The translations under genes were made by a program, and so were the position numbers. A DNA stretch of 64,000 nucleotides. Origin: an uncultured Paludibacter sp. (GTDB lineage Bacteria; Bacteroidota; Bacteroidia; Bacteroidales; Paludibacteraceae). The DNA lies in the NCBI GenBank assembly GCA_964634605.1, contig CAZWLJ010000005.1, positions 27,568 to 91,567 of the forward strand, read 5' to 3'. Under the pieces are notes generated by a model, which was given only the letters and a program-made list of their open reading frames with translations, had not been told where the DNA came from and ran no database searches. Shown here piece after piece: positions 36,866-46,687 of the stretch (positions are counted from its first letter, which is position 1; each line of letters begins with the position of its first letter).

Positions 36866-39694
36866 ATGAAAAAGCTTTTCCTGCTTGATGCCTACGCCAT
36901 CATATACCGTGCCTATTACGCTTTTATCCGCAATCCGCGCATCAACTCCAAAGGTTTGAATACCTCGGCAGTTTATGGGTTTGTCAACACGCTCGAAGAT
37001 GTACTGCGAAAGGAAAAACCTTCGCATATAGCCGTGGCTTTTGACCCTCCCGGTAAAACATTCCGTCATGATGAATATGAGCATTACAAGGCACAGCGCG
37101 AATCCACTCCCGAAGATATCCGGAAATCGGTGCCGGTCATAAAGGATATTGTAAAAGCTTATAACATTCCTGTGCTCGAAATCCCGGGCTTCGAGGCTGA
37201 TGATGTGATTGGTACAATGGCTAAAAAGGCTGAAAAGGAAGGTTTCGAGGTGTATATGCTCACACCCGATAAGGATTACGGGCAATTGGTTACTGACCAT
37301 ATTTTCATGTACAGGCCCAGGCATACGGGTGGCTACGAGGTGATGGGACCCGAAGAAGTGCGAAAAAAATACGAACTGGATAGCCATGAGCAGGTTATTG
37401 ATTTGCTCGGATTGATGGGTGACAGTTCCGATAATATTCCCGGATGCCCGGGAGTTGGCGAAAAAACAGCTGTCAAACTGTTGCAGGAGTTTGGAAGCAT
37501 TGATAATTTGCTTAACAACACCGGAAAGCTGAAAGGAGCCCTGAAAACGAAAATCGAGGAAAATAAAGACCTGATAGTATTCTCCAAATACCTGGCAACC
37601 ATCAAAACCGACGTTCCTGTCATCTTTGATGAGAAGGAGCTGGAAGTTGAACCGGTTAACGAACCGGATTTACGCAGTCTGTTCGACGAATTGGAATTCC
37701 GTACGCTTTCTGCCCGTATCTGGAATGATAATAAAACATCTGAAAAGCCCGGAATTATTAAACCGAAAGTTTCTGCAGGTGGTCAGATGTCTTTGTTTGA
37801 TGTTCAGGGACCTGCTGATTCTGAAAAAGTGGTAACTGAATCCGGAATGCCTGATTTCCCCGAATTCCCTGTGGCTGAAGGGATGAGGAGCATTCACGAC
37901 ACACCTCACCGGTACATCCTGGCAGATGATAAAGCGAAAAGAGCTGCTTTGGCAACCAGGCTTTTTATGCAAAAATCGGTCTGTTTTGATACCGAAACCA
38001 CAAGCCTGGATGTTTTCAGTGCTGATTTGGTGGGCTTGTCCTTTTCATTTACTCCCGGAGAAGCATTTTATGTACCCCTTCCCCGCGACAGAAATGAATG
38101 CTTGCAGGTTTTGAAAGAGTTTAAGGCCATTTTCCAGAGTGAACAAATCGAAAAAACCGGTCAGAATATTAAATTTGACCTGCTTATACTGGCACAGTAC
38201 GGCATTGAACTGAAAGGAAGACTGTTTGATACAATGATTGCACACTACCTGCTGCAGCCTGACCTGCGCCACGGCATGGATTATCTGGCTGAAATTTACC
38301 TGAAATATCGAACCATCCACTACGATGATTTATTCGGCGGAAAACCAAAAACGCAGCAGAATATTCTGGATGTGGATTTGAATCTTTTGTGCGATTATGC
38401 TGCCGAAGATGCGGATATCACCCTGCAGTTGAAGCAAATACTTGAAAAAGAACTGGCTGAAAACAGGCTGGAATCACTCTTCTTCGAAATGGAAATGCCC
38501 TTATTGCGTGTCCTTGCCATTATGGAACAAAATGGTGTGAAAATTGACTCGGGTGCACTGCGCGAAAGTTCTGAAATACTCACCAAAAACATGCTGGCTC
38601 TCGAAAACGAAATTCAGAACATGGCTGGTGTTCAGTTTAATGTTTCGTCGCCGATGCAGGTTGGTGAAGTGCTTTTCGGGCAGATGAAACTGGATGAAAA
38701 GGCAAAAAAAACCAAAACCGGCCAGTACTCCACATCTGAAGATGTACTCGAGAAAATCAAGTTCAGACATCCGGTTGTTGAGAAAATACTGGAATACCGG
38801 GGTCTGAAAAAACTTTTGAATACTTACATCGACGCGCTTCCGCTAATGGTTAATACCAATACCGGAAAGGTTCATACCTCATTCAACCAGACTGTGGCAG
38901 CCACGGGCCGGTTGAGCTCCACCAATCCGAACTTGCAGAACATTCCTGTAAGGGATGAACTCGGGCGCGAAATCCGCAAGGCTTTTATTCCTGACGAAGG
39001 GGAATTGTTTTTAAGCGCAGACTATTCGCAGATTGAATTACGTATAATGGCTCACCTCAGCAGCGATGCGAATATGCTCGAAGCCTTCAGCCTCGGGAAT
39101 GATATTCATGCAGCTACCGCCGCTAAGATTTTCAGGGTGCCTGTCAGCGAGGTTACATCAGATATGCGGCGGAAAGCCAAAACAGCCAACTTTGGCATTA
39201 TCTACGGCATATCAACTTTCGGTCTGGCCGAACGGCTCAACATTCCGCGTGCGGAGGCCAAAGAACTGATAGACGGTTATTTCAATACCTATCCGGATGT
39301 GAAAAGCTATATGGATAATGCTATCCGTATGGCCAAAGAACAAGGATTCGTGGAAACCATTTACGGCAGAAAGCGTTACCTGGCTGATATCAATTCACAA
39401 AACAGCGTGGTGCGGGGTTATGCCGAACGGAATGCCATCAATGCGCCGATTCAGGGTTCGGCTGCCGACATCATAAAAATTGCCATGATCCGGATTCAGC
39501 AACGGCTCACCGATGAAAATCTGAAGGCAAAAATGACAATGCAGGTACACGATGAACTGAATTTCACCGTTCCGGCTTCAGAAATAGATCAGGTGAGGGA
39601 ACTGGTGATTTACGAAATGCAGAATGTAATAAAGTTGAAAGTACCTCTGCTTGTGGAATGTGAAGTGGGGGAAAACTGGCTCGAGGCGCATTGA
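36866..39694 (+). CDS. polA: DNA polymerase I
   Basis: 942 aa. It has a 5'-nuclease N-terminus (LLDAYAIIYRAYYA), a 3'-5' exonuclease region (CFDTETTSLD) and polymerase motifs (LSADYSQIELRIMAH, QVHDEL). Confidence 0.97.
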   Translation: MKKLFLLDAYAIIYRAYYAFIRNPRINSKGLNTSAVYGFVNTLEDVLRKEKPSHIAVAFDPPGKTFRHDEYEHYKAQRESTPEDIRKSVPVIKDIVKAYNIPVLEIPGFEADDVIGTMAKKAEKEGFEVYMLTPDKDYGQLVTDHIFMYRPRHTGGYEVMGPEEVRKKYELDSHEQVIDLLGLMGDSSDNIPGCPGVGEKTAVKLLQEFGSIDNLLNNTGKLKGALKTKIEENKDLIVFSKYLATIKTDVPVIFDEKELEVEPVNEPDLRSLFDELEFRTLSARIWNDNKTSEKPGIIKPKVSAGGQMSLFDVQGPADSEKVVTESGMPDFPEFPVAEGMRSIHDTPHRYILADDKAKRAALATRLFMQKSVCFDTETTSLDVFSADLVGLSFSFTPGEAFYVPLPRDRNECLQVLKEFKAIFQSEQIEKTGQNIKFDLLILAQYGIELKGRLFDTMIAHYLLQPDLRHGMDYLAEIYLKYRTIHYDDLFGGKPKTQQNILDVDLNLLCDYAAEDADITLQLKQILEKELAENRLESLFFEMEMPLLRVLAIMEQNGVKIDSGALRESSEILTKNMLALENEIQNMAGVQFNVSSPMQVGEVLFGQMKLDEKAKKTKTGQYSTSEDVLEKIKFRHPVVEKILEYRGLKKLLNTYIDALPLMVNTNTGKVHTSFNQTVAATGRLSSTNPNLQNIPVRDELGREIRKAFIPDEGELFLSADYSQIELRIMAHLSSDANMLEAFSLGNDIHAATAAKIFRVPVSEVTSDMRRKAKTANFGIIYGISTFGLAERLNIPRAEAKELIDGYFNTYPDVKSYMDNAIRMAKEQGFVETIYGRKRYLADINSQNSVVRGYAERNAINAPIQGSAADIIKIAMIRIQQRLTDENLKAKMTMQVHDELNFTVPASEIDQVRELVIYEMQNVIKLKVPLLVECEVGENWLEAH

Positions 39695-39726
39695 TGGTTG
39701 GTGCACCGGGGCGATATGACAAAAAA

Positions 39727-39763
39727 GCCCTTTCTCTGGATGAGAAAGGGCTTCGTGTTTTTT
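39727..39763. terminator. Bidirectional rho-independent terminator between polA and rpsT
   Basis: GCCCTTTCTC-TGGAT-GAGAAAGGGC, a perfect 10-bp stem flanked by AAAAAA and a T-rich run. Confidence 0.8.
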
Positions 39764-39774
39764 GAAGCAACGTA

Positions 39775-40029
39775 TTATGCTAACCTGTTAACGTGCAAAG
39801 TCAGTTTTGATTTCAGATTACCGGCTTTGTTTTTATGTATAACGTTTTTCTTTGCTAATTTGTCGAGCATCGAGCTAACTTTTGGCAACAATTCGGCAGC
39901 TACAGCTTTTTCGGTAGTGGCACGCAATTTACGAACCGCGTTACGGGCTGTTTTAGCGTAATAGCGGTTAGCCAGTTTTTTGGTGTTAGTCTGACGGATT
40001 CGTTTAATGGATGATTTGTGATTTGCCAT
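39775..40029 (-). CDS. rpsT: 30S ribosomal protein S20
   Basis: 84 aa, [14 protein letters not shown]..., basic. Confidence 0.95.
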   Translation of the reverse strand: MANHKSSIKRIRQTNTKKLANRYYAKTARNAVRKLRATTEKAVAAELLPKVSSMLDKLAKKNVIHKNKAGNLKSKLTLHVNRLA

Positions 40030-40064
40030 CTCAATATTACTTTTAATGTATTCTATTATTTTAG

Positions 40065-40136
40065 TAGCCGATAGGGGAATCGAACCCCTCTTTCCAGAAT
40101 GAAAATCTGGCGTCCTAACCGATAGACGAATCGGCC
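40065..40136 (-). tRNA. tRNA-Glu (anticodon TTC)
   Basis: Reverse complement: GGCCGAT TC GTCT..GGAC, anticodon arm CCAGA-TTTTCAT-TCTGG, T arm GGGG-TTCGATT-CCCC, acceptor ATCGGCT plus A. Confidence 0.95.
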
Positions 40137-40173
40137 ATTGAATGGATTAAATAAATAATCCTTGGTTTCAATT

Positions 40174-40189
40174 GCGGGTGCAAATATAC
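40174..40189 (-). promoter_or_regulatory. Stable-RNA promoter core GTATATTTGCACCCGC (second copy)
   Basis: Identical to the 16-mer at 35622-35637. It lies about 38 nt upstream of tRNA-Glu, with a TTTG 19 nt further upstream. Confidence 0.55.
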
Positions 40190-40242
40190 GGCAGATTTTT
40201 GAATTGACAAAAAGATACAGTAAATTATTTTCAAAAAAAAAC

Positions 40243-40290
40243 TTAACCGGCTTATTATATGCTTATAATCAGCCGGTTATCAGTTTTTTT
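40243..40290. terminator. Rho-independent terminator downstream of trxA
   Basis: TAACCGGC...GCCGGTTA stem flanked by an A9 run on one side and a T8 run on the other. Confidence 0.75.
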
Positions 40291-40363
40291 TGGTTCAAAA
40301 AATATCACAAGTGAATAAAATGATATCTTGCCAAATGTGTTTTATAAAAGGCTTTTACCTGTA

Positions 40364-40678
40364 TCAGAGCAATGCTTCAACTTTTGCTTTCAGCGATGCT
40401 TTGGGTGTGGCCCCGATTTGTTTGTCAACAAGTTTGCCGTCTTTAAAGAAAAGGATGGTCGGGATATTGCGGATTCCGTAATCGTTGGGGGTGTTGATGT
40501 TGTCATCTACATTCATTTTGCCGATTTCTACTTTTCCTGAAAATTCTTCAGCCAGTTCTTCCACAATCGGGCCTACCATGCGGCAAGGTCCGCACCATTC
40601 TGCCCAAAAGTCAATTACAACCGGTTTTCCGGATTCTATTACTGCTTTGATGTTGTCATCTGTAAATTCCAATGCCAT
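40364..40678 (-). CDS. trxA: Thioredoxin
   Basis: 104 aa with the WAEWCGPC active site. Confidence 0.95.
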   Translation of the reverse strand: MALEFTDDNIKAVIESGKPVVIDFWAEWCGPCRMVGPIVEELAEEFSGKVEIGKMNVDDNINTPNDYGIRNIPTILFFKDGKLVDKQIGATPKASLKAKVEALL

Positions 40679-40791
40679 AATTTTAATTTTATAAGTTCGG
40701 TTTTTTTTTAATTATTTCTATAACGTTGCTGGTTTCAAATTGTTTGAACTGCCCCGTAAGATTATTCAATATTTTGCCGGTTACCATGCCG

Positions 40792-43700
40792 TTAGCTTAG
40801 CTCTACCTTATACCTCAGAATATCCTGCTCGTCGGCTTCCTTGAGGTATTTGTACACCTCTGATGTTATTTTCAGGCGGTGCTGACGGGCAAAGAGGGAT
40901 ACTTTTTCGAAAGTGAAAAAGTCTTTGATATCCATATAAATGCTTACATCTCCCTTGTTGTTTAAAATCAGTTTTGTCAGTTCTTCCACCACATCGTTAT
41001 CTAATTTTTGCAGTGATAATGATATGCGGATGCGTTTGATCAGTTTTCGGACATCCCTGAAAGGCATCATGGTGACGATTTTCAGCTCCAGTTCCGGCTT
41101 GAGGTCTGTTTCGGCTTTTTTATTCCATTCGCTTCCTTTTTCCTGCACGAATGCATGAATGTACAGGAAAAGGTCTTTGATCATGTATTTGCCGTATTCT
41201 TCGAAATTTTTCCCGAAAAGGGGAAATTCATAGGATCCATGATAATCCTCAATCGTAATCATGCCGTAAGGATTGTTGTTGCGGGTTGTGCCGTTTCTGA
41301 ATGCGGTTACAATTCCTCCCAGCTTCAATCCGGTTCCAACCGGATATTTGCTTAAATCTGTAATGTCGATGGTTGTGGCATTGCAGATATGTTTCATTTC
41401 AAATTCAAATTCATCCATTGGGTGTGCCGACAGGTACATGCCTATCATTTCCCGTTCGCGGTTCAGCTTTACAAGCGACGACCATTCCGGCACGTAGGGA
41501 ATTTCAGGTTTGGTAACTTCCACCGCGTTGTCGAGTGCTCCGAAAAGTGAGTTTTGATTGAATTGCTGGTCCTGCTGGTAAAGGTTGCCGTATTTAATAA
41601 GTGATTCCATCACTTGTTCTTCCTTGCTGTTGAGGGTGAAGAACTGTTCTCTCTTTATGTCCGGAAAAACATCAAATGCTCCTGCATAAGCCAGACTTTC
41701 GATGGTTTTCCTGTTGCAAGAAGTCAGGTTGACCCGCTCTACAAAATCAAATATGCCCTTGAATTTGCCGGTTTTTTCACGTTCCTGAATAATTGCTTCC
41801 ACTGCTCCGTCGCCCACATTTTTAATTCCGCCAAGTCCGAAGCGGATATTTCCTTCCCTGTTTACGGTGAAAGTCAGATCGCTCTCGTTTACATCAGGTC
41901 CCAGTACGTTCATTTTCATGGCTTTACACTCATCCATGAGTTTGCCCACTTCGGTAATATCGTCCTTGTTGCGGGTGAGGTTGGCTGCCATGAATTCTGC
42001 CGGATAGTGTGCTTTGAGGTATGCTGTCTGATAAGCTACCAGAGAGTAGCAGGTAGCGTGCGACTTGTTGAAAGCATATTCGGCAAACTTGGCCCAGTCT
42101 GACCAGATATGTTCCAGTTTTTCGACAGGTTCGTATCCGTTTTTCTGTGCTCCTTCAATAAATTTCTCATGGAGAGCTTCCATTTTGTCTTTCAGCTTCT
42201 TTCCCATGGCTTTTCGTAGTTCGTCCGACTGTCCCCGCGTGAATCCTGCCAGATCGCGGCTCAGAAGCATGACCTGTTCCTGGTAAACAGTAATGCCGTA
42301 GGTGTCTTTCAAACGTTTTTCCATCGCCGGAAAAGGATACTCGATTTTTTCCAGTCCGTGTTTTCTGCTGATAAACTGCGGTATGTAGTCCATTGGTCCG
42401 GGACGGTAGAGCGCGTTCATGGCTATCAGGTCTTCAAACTGAGTGGGTTTCAGTTCTTTCAGGTATTTCTGCATTCCGGCAGATTCAAACTGGAAAACTC
42501 CCACCGTATCGCCTTTGCTGAAGAGTTTGTATGTTTTTTTATCGTCAATCGGAATGTTGTCGATATCAATGTCAATTCCTTTTGATTTTTTAATGTTTGC
42601 AAGGGTGTCTTTGATAATCGAGAGGGTTCGTAACCCAAGAAAGTCCATCTTCACCAATCCCACATCCTCAATTACAGTGCCTTCGTATTGGGTGATTACC
42701 TTGTCTTCTTTGGTTTCCTTGTCCACCGCTGTGCTGAGCGGCACCAGATTAATCAGATCGTCAGCGCCGATAATAAGCCCGCAGGCATGAACTCCGGTTT
42801 GGCGAACGGTTCCTTCGAGCATCTCGGCATACTTCAGTGTATTGGCAAGTGTCGGGTTGGATGAGTCGCGTGAATCGCGGAGTTCTTCCACGTATTTGAA
42901 GCAGTTGCTCAGATTCACTTTGATGTCTTTGCCGTTTTCGTCTTTGGGGAACCGGCCCGGAATAAGTTTGGTAAGCCGTTCGGCTTCCTGCAGAGGCAAT
43001 TTTTGTACCCGGGCAACATCCTTGATGGCCGATTTTGTACCCATTGTACCATAGGTTACGATATTGGCTACCCTTTTTTTCCCGTATTTTTCAGTTACCC
43101 AGCGTACTACCTGGCCGCGTTTGTCGTCCTCGAAGTCAATATCGATATCGGGCAGCGATACCCGGTCGGGATTGAGAAAACGTTCGAAAAGCAGGTCGTA
43201 TTTCAGCGGATCGATATTGGTAATTTTAAGGCAGTATGCCACTACCGAACCGGCAGCCGAACCACGTCCCGGTCCTACCGAGATATTCATATCCCGGGCT
43301 GCCTGGATGAAATCCTGCACGATAAGAAAATAACCGGGAAATCCCATCTTTTTCATTACTCCCAGTTCAAAATCGATACGTTCACGTGCTTCGTCGCTCA
43401 GGTTCGCTCCGTATCTTTTTTCAGCGCCTTCATAGGTTATTTTTGTCAGATAATCGGAGTCTAATTTGATTCTTATTGCTTTGTCATATCCTCCTACACG
43501 GTCAAAAGCATCACCGAATTCTTCGCGAAGTGCCTGTTCATCGTATTTCTGGCGGTATTCCTCTTCGGTACCGAATTCTTTCGGAATGGGGAAAACGGGC
43601 ATCATGGGTGCCGATTCCAGTTTGAAATTTTCTACTTTTCCGGCTATTTCCAACGTGTTTTCGATGCATTCGGGCAAGTCGGCAAAGATTTCAGCCATTT

Positions 43701-44586
43701 GTTCAGGTGATTTCAGCCATTCCTGCTTGGTGTATCGCATCCTGGAAGGATCGTCCAGGTCTTTCCCGGTACTCAGGCAAATCAGATGCTCGTGGGCATC
43801 GGCATGTTCCTCTTCCACGAAGTGAACATCGTTGGTTGCCACGAGTTTTGTGTTGGTTTTGCGAGCAAGTTTTATCAGTTCTTTGTTCTGAAGTTCCTGC
43901 TTCACGTAGGTTTCTGTATCGGCTCCCGGTTTGTCTGTTTTGTGGCGCTGCAGCTCGATGTAGAAATCGTCGCCGAATACTTTTTTGTACCATAGCACGG
44001 CTTTTTCGGCTTCTTCCAGATCACCCGATTCAACCTTTTTATGAATTTCGCCTCCCAGGCAGGCCGAACAGGCTATTATACCTTCGCTGTATTTCGAAAG
44101 CAAATCATGATCGATACGCGGACGGTAGTAAAAACCCTGCACCCAACCATACGAAACAAGTTTTGACAGATTCCGATATCCTTTTTCGTTTTTAGCCAGC
44201 AGCACCAGATGATATCCGCTCCGGTCTTCCTTCAGCTCCTTGTCGTAGAGCGTGCGGCGGGCCACATACACTTCAGAGCCGAAAACAGGCTTGAATATTT
44301 TCGCCCGTATAGCATCGATTTCGGATTGAAGGGTTGTTTTTTCAGAATCTGACAGCCCGGATGAATTTATTTTATCTTCCAGTTCTTTTATTTGATCCCT
44401 GAAGCCGGAATTTTTCTTTTTTGTATAATTGTAAAACTCTTTGATCCCGAACATGTTGCCGTGGTCGGTCAGAGCAATGGAATTCATTCCGCAAGCAATG
44501 GCTTTATCTACCAATCCCTGAATGCTCGACATCCCGTCGAGTACCGAATAGCTGGAGTGAACGTGTAAGTGTACAAATGAGCCCAT
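40792..44586 (-). CDS. dnaE: DNA polymerase III alpha subunit
   Basis: 1264 aa with a PHP N-terminus (FVHLHVHSSYSVLDG) and polymerase core motifs. Confidence 0.97.
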   Translation of the reverse strand: MGSFVHLHVHSSYSVLDGMSSIQGLVDKAIACGMNSIALTDHGNMFGIKEFYNYTKKKNSGFRDQIKELEDKINSSGLSDSEKTTLQSEIDAIRAKIFKPVFGSEVYVARRTLYDKELKEDRSGYHLVLLAKNEKGYRNLSKLVSYGWVQGFYYRPRIDHDLLSKYSEGIIACSACLGGEIHKKVESGDLEEAEKAVLWYKKVFGDDFYIELQRHKTDKPGADTETYVKQELQNKELIKLARKTNTKLVATNDVHFVEEEHADAHEHLICLSTGKDLDDPSRMRYTKQEWLKSPEQMAEIFADLPECIENTLEIAGKVENFKLESAPMMPVFPIPKEFGTEEEYRQKYDEQALREEFGDAFDRVGGYDKAIRIKLDSDYLTKITYEGAEKRYGANLSDEARERIDFELGVMKKMGFPGYFLIVQDFIQAARDMNISVGPGRGSAAGSVVAYCLKITNIDPLKYDLLFERFLNPDRVSLPDIDIDFEDDKRGQVVRWVTEKYGKKRVANIVTYGTMGTKSAIKDVARVQKLPLQEAERLTKLIPGRFPKDENGKDIKVNLSNCFKYVEELRDSRDSSNPTLANTLKYAEMLEGTVRQTGVHACGLIIGADDLINLVPLSTAVDKETKEDKVITQYEGTVIEDVGLVKMDFLGLRTLSIIKDTLANIKKSKGIDIDIDNIPIDDKKTYKLFSKGDTVGVFQFESAGMQKYLKELKPTQFEDLIAMNALYRPGPMDYIPQFISRKHGLEKIEYPFPAMEKRLKDTYGITVYQEQVMLLSRDLAGFTRGQSDELRKAMGKKLKDKMEALHEKFIEGAQKNGYEPVEKLEHIWSDWAKFAEYAFNKSHATCYSLVAYQTAYLKAHYPAEFMAANLTRNKDDITEVGKLMDECKAMKMNVLGPDVNESDLTFTVNREGNIRFGLGGIKNVGDGAVEAIIQEREKTGKFKGIFDFVERVNLTSCNRKTIESLAYAGAFDVFPDIKREQFFTLNSKEEQVMESLIKYGNLYQQDQQFNQNSLFGALDNAVEVTKPEIPYVPEWSSLVKLNREREMIGMYLSAHPMDEFEFEMKHICNATTIDITDLSKYPVGTGLKLGGIVTAFRNGTTRNNNPYGMITIEDYHGSYEFPLFGKNFEEYGKYMIKDLFLYIHAFVQEKGSEWNKKAETDLKPELELKIVTMMPFRDVRKLIKRIRISLSLQKLDNDVVEELTKLILNNKGDVSIYMDIKDFFTFEKVSLFARQHRLKITSEVYKYLKEADEQDILRYKVELS

Positions 44587-44818
44587 ATTATAAGTTGCTG
44601 ATAATAAGCGTAATAATAAATTGTATTTCAGAAAAACGGGAATGATAAAGATACAAGAATATTTGCCGGAAGTAAAATTTTATCTGTAAAAGTTATTGAC
44701 AATTTACCCAAAATCCGGAAGAAATGATGAGAATGAATGAGATAACCTGATTTTTTTGCCGGAGTGGAAACGATGAAAGTAAAACAATCGATGAAGCTTC
44801 AACTGGAGAATGTTGTTT

Positions 44819-45343
44819 TCAGGATTCAGATTTTTGTTGGAGGATGTAGCTGATTATTTTCTCTTCGATTTCTTTGTCGGTGCCGCTTACTTTCAGCGTT
44901 GCCCGGTTGTAGAATGTTTCTCTTTTTTCCAGTGCGGTGGCAATAAATACCTCCAGTTCATTTTCCTGAAGTTTAGCCAATACGGGACGTTCGTTAAGGT
45001 TGGTTGTCTTTAGTCTGGCAGCTATCTCTCCGGGTGTGAGGTTGATGTAAATGGTTATTCCCCTTGAATTCATCACCTCCATGTTATCAAAAAAGCAGGG
45101 TGCTCCGCCACCCGTTGAAATGATCGCGTTTTTGTAATCAGAAACTTCCAGCAGGCATTCCCGTTCCAGTTCACGAAATCTTTCTTCGCTCATTTCGTTG
45201 AATATTTGTGAAATGGTTTTGTGCTTTTTACCCTCAATATGCGTATCCATATCTACAAAATTCATATTCAGGCGCTTTGCTACACGCTTCCCGATGGTGG
45301 TTTTGCCTGAACCCATATAGCCGATTAAAAATATTCGTTTCAT
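44819..45343 (-). CDS. aroK: Shikimate kinase
   Basis: 174 aa with the Walker A sequence GYMGSGKTT and the STGGG motif. Confidence 0.92.
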   Translation of the reverse strand: MKRIFLIGYMGSGKTTIGKRVAKRLNMNFVDMDTHIEGKKHKTISQIFNEMSEERFRELERECLLEVSDYKNAIISTGGGAPCFFDNMEVMNSRGITIYINLTPGEIAARLKTTNLNERPVLAKLQENELEVFIATALEKRETFYNRATLKVSGTDKEIEEKIISYILQQKSES

Positions 45344-45369
45344 TCTTTTTTTTCTGAAAAAACAGAATA

Positions 45370-45377
45370 CAAAATTA
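45370..45377 (-). promoter_or_regulatory. -7 box TAATTTTG (minus strand) for aroK
   Basis: CAAAATTA on the plus strand, 27 nt upstream of the start. Confidence 0.35.
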
Positions 45378-45481
45378 GGATATTTTCTTCAATATCAAAT
45401 CTGAATCCCGTCCTGATTGTACAAGGAAAAAAACAGGCAATAAATTTATGACAAAATGATACTTAAAATGGAATAATATTC

Positions 45482-45489
45482 TATCTTTG
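45482..45489 (+). promoter_or_regulatory. -7 box TATCTTTG for the asparaginase gene
   Basis: Exact TAnnTTTG match, 26 nt before the ATG at 45515. It overlaps the GTG start listed in the ORF track, which argues against that start. Confidence 0.4.
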
Positions 45490-45514
45490 CAGGGTGGTTA
45501 CTTTCATAAATTCT

Positions 45515-46555
45515 ATGAATAAGGAAAAATCTGTCTTATTGATATTTACCGGAGGCACAATCAGCATGACTGCCGATCCGGAGACCGGTGCGCTCCGTCC
45601 GGCCGACTTCGAAGCGATGATGAAAATGCTGCCTGAATTAGGTGAACTGGGTATAGATATTCACGGTATACCGTTGCTGCCTCTCGTCGATTCCTCAGAC
45701 ATAGGGCCCGATACCTGGGAGCGGATTGCCTTTGCCATTCAGGACAATTACAGTCAATTCGACGGATTTGTGGTGCTTCATGGCACCGATACCATGTCGT
45801 ATTCGGCATCAGCATTGAGTTTTATGCTGGAAGGGCTGACTAAACCCGTGATCTTTACCGGATCGCAGCTGCCTATCGGTGTGCTCCGTACCGATGCCAA
45901 GGAAAATCTGATTACTGCCGTGGAAATTGCCGCCGCTCACTCCAACGGCGATGCCATGGTGCCGGAAGTTTGCCTTTTTTTTGAGGATAAACTATTCAGA
46001 GCCAACCGCACCACCAAACAGAATTCCGAGCACTTTAACGCATTTGCTTCTTTCAATTACCCTATCCTGGCCGAAGCTGGAGTTCATATCAAATATTTTC
46101 CTAACTATATTCGTAAACCGGCTAAAAATGCTACCCTGAAAGTCAGAACGAAAACCGACCGCAATGTGGCTATTCTGAAAATTTATCCCGGTATTACGGA
46201 ACATACCGTTCAGGGAGTTCTCAATATTCCCGGTCTTAAAGCAGTGGTTCTTGAAACATTCGGCGCCGGAAATGCACCTCGTTTCGACTGGTTTTATCAG
46301 GCTTTGAAGAATGCTGCACACAGAGGAATAATTATTGTGAACAAAACACAGTGCAGTACCGGAACGGTAGAAATGGGATTGTACGAAACCAGTCTGAATC
46401 TGCTCGAAGCAGGCGTTATAAGCGGATACGACAGTACCACCGAGGCCCTGATAGCCAAACTGATGTATTTACTTGGCGACAATTCTTTTGATGTCGAAAA
46501 GGTAAAACAGCTGATGCAGATTGATTTGTGCGGAGAGATATCGATACACCCATAA
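45515..46555 (+). CDS. ansA: L-asparaginase, type I
   Basis: Motifs are LLIFTGGTISM and VVLHGTDTM. I trimmed the start from GTG 45494 to ATG 45515. Confidence 0.9.
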   Translation: MNKEKSVLLIFTGGTISMTADPETGALRPADFEAMMKMLPELGELGIDIHGIPLLPLVDSSDIGPDTWERIAFAIQDNYSQFDGFVVLHGTDTMSYSASALSFMLEGLTKPVIFTGSQLPIGVLRTDAKENLITAVEIAAAHSNGDAMVPEVCLFFEDKLFRANRTTKQNSEHFNAFASFNYPILAEAGVHIKYFPNYIRKPAKNATLKVRTKTDRNVAILKIYPGITEHTVQGVLNIPGLKAVVLETFGAGNAPRFDWFYQALKNAAHRGIIIVNKTQCSTGTVEMGLYETSLNLLEAGVISGYDSTTEALIAKLMYLLGDNSFDVEKVKQLMQIDLCGEISIHP

Positions 46556-46560
46556 TGCAA

Positions 46561-46685
46561 CCCCTAACCCCTAAAGGGGGATGAAGTTAGTTTCGGATAT
46601 AGGAAATTGAATTCATTTACACCTTAAAACTAAAACAATCAACCTAAGTGACGGACATTTTTAACCTCCCTTTAGAGGTTAGGGG
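46561..46685. repeat. Inverted pair of C-run palindromic units (locus A)
   Basis: CCCCTAACCCCTAAAGGGGGA (46561-46581) and the reverse complement of 46665-46685 (CCCCTAACCTCTAAAGGGAGG) match at 18 of 21 positions. They sit between two convergent stop codons. Confidence 0.7.
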
Positions 46686-46687
46686 TA

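Noticed and set aside
36740-37387. 215-aa ORF on the minus strand overlapping the polA 5' end and the upstream spacer
   Set aside because: It runs antisense to the conserved 5'-nuclease domain of polA. It has no motifs, and the intergenic part is needed for the divergent promoters.
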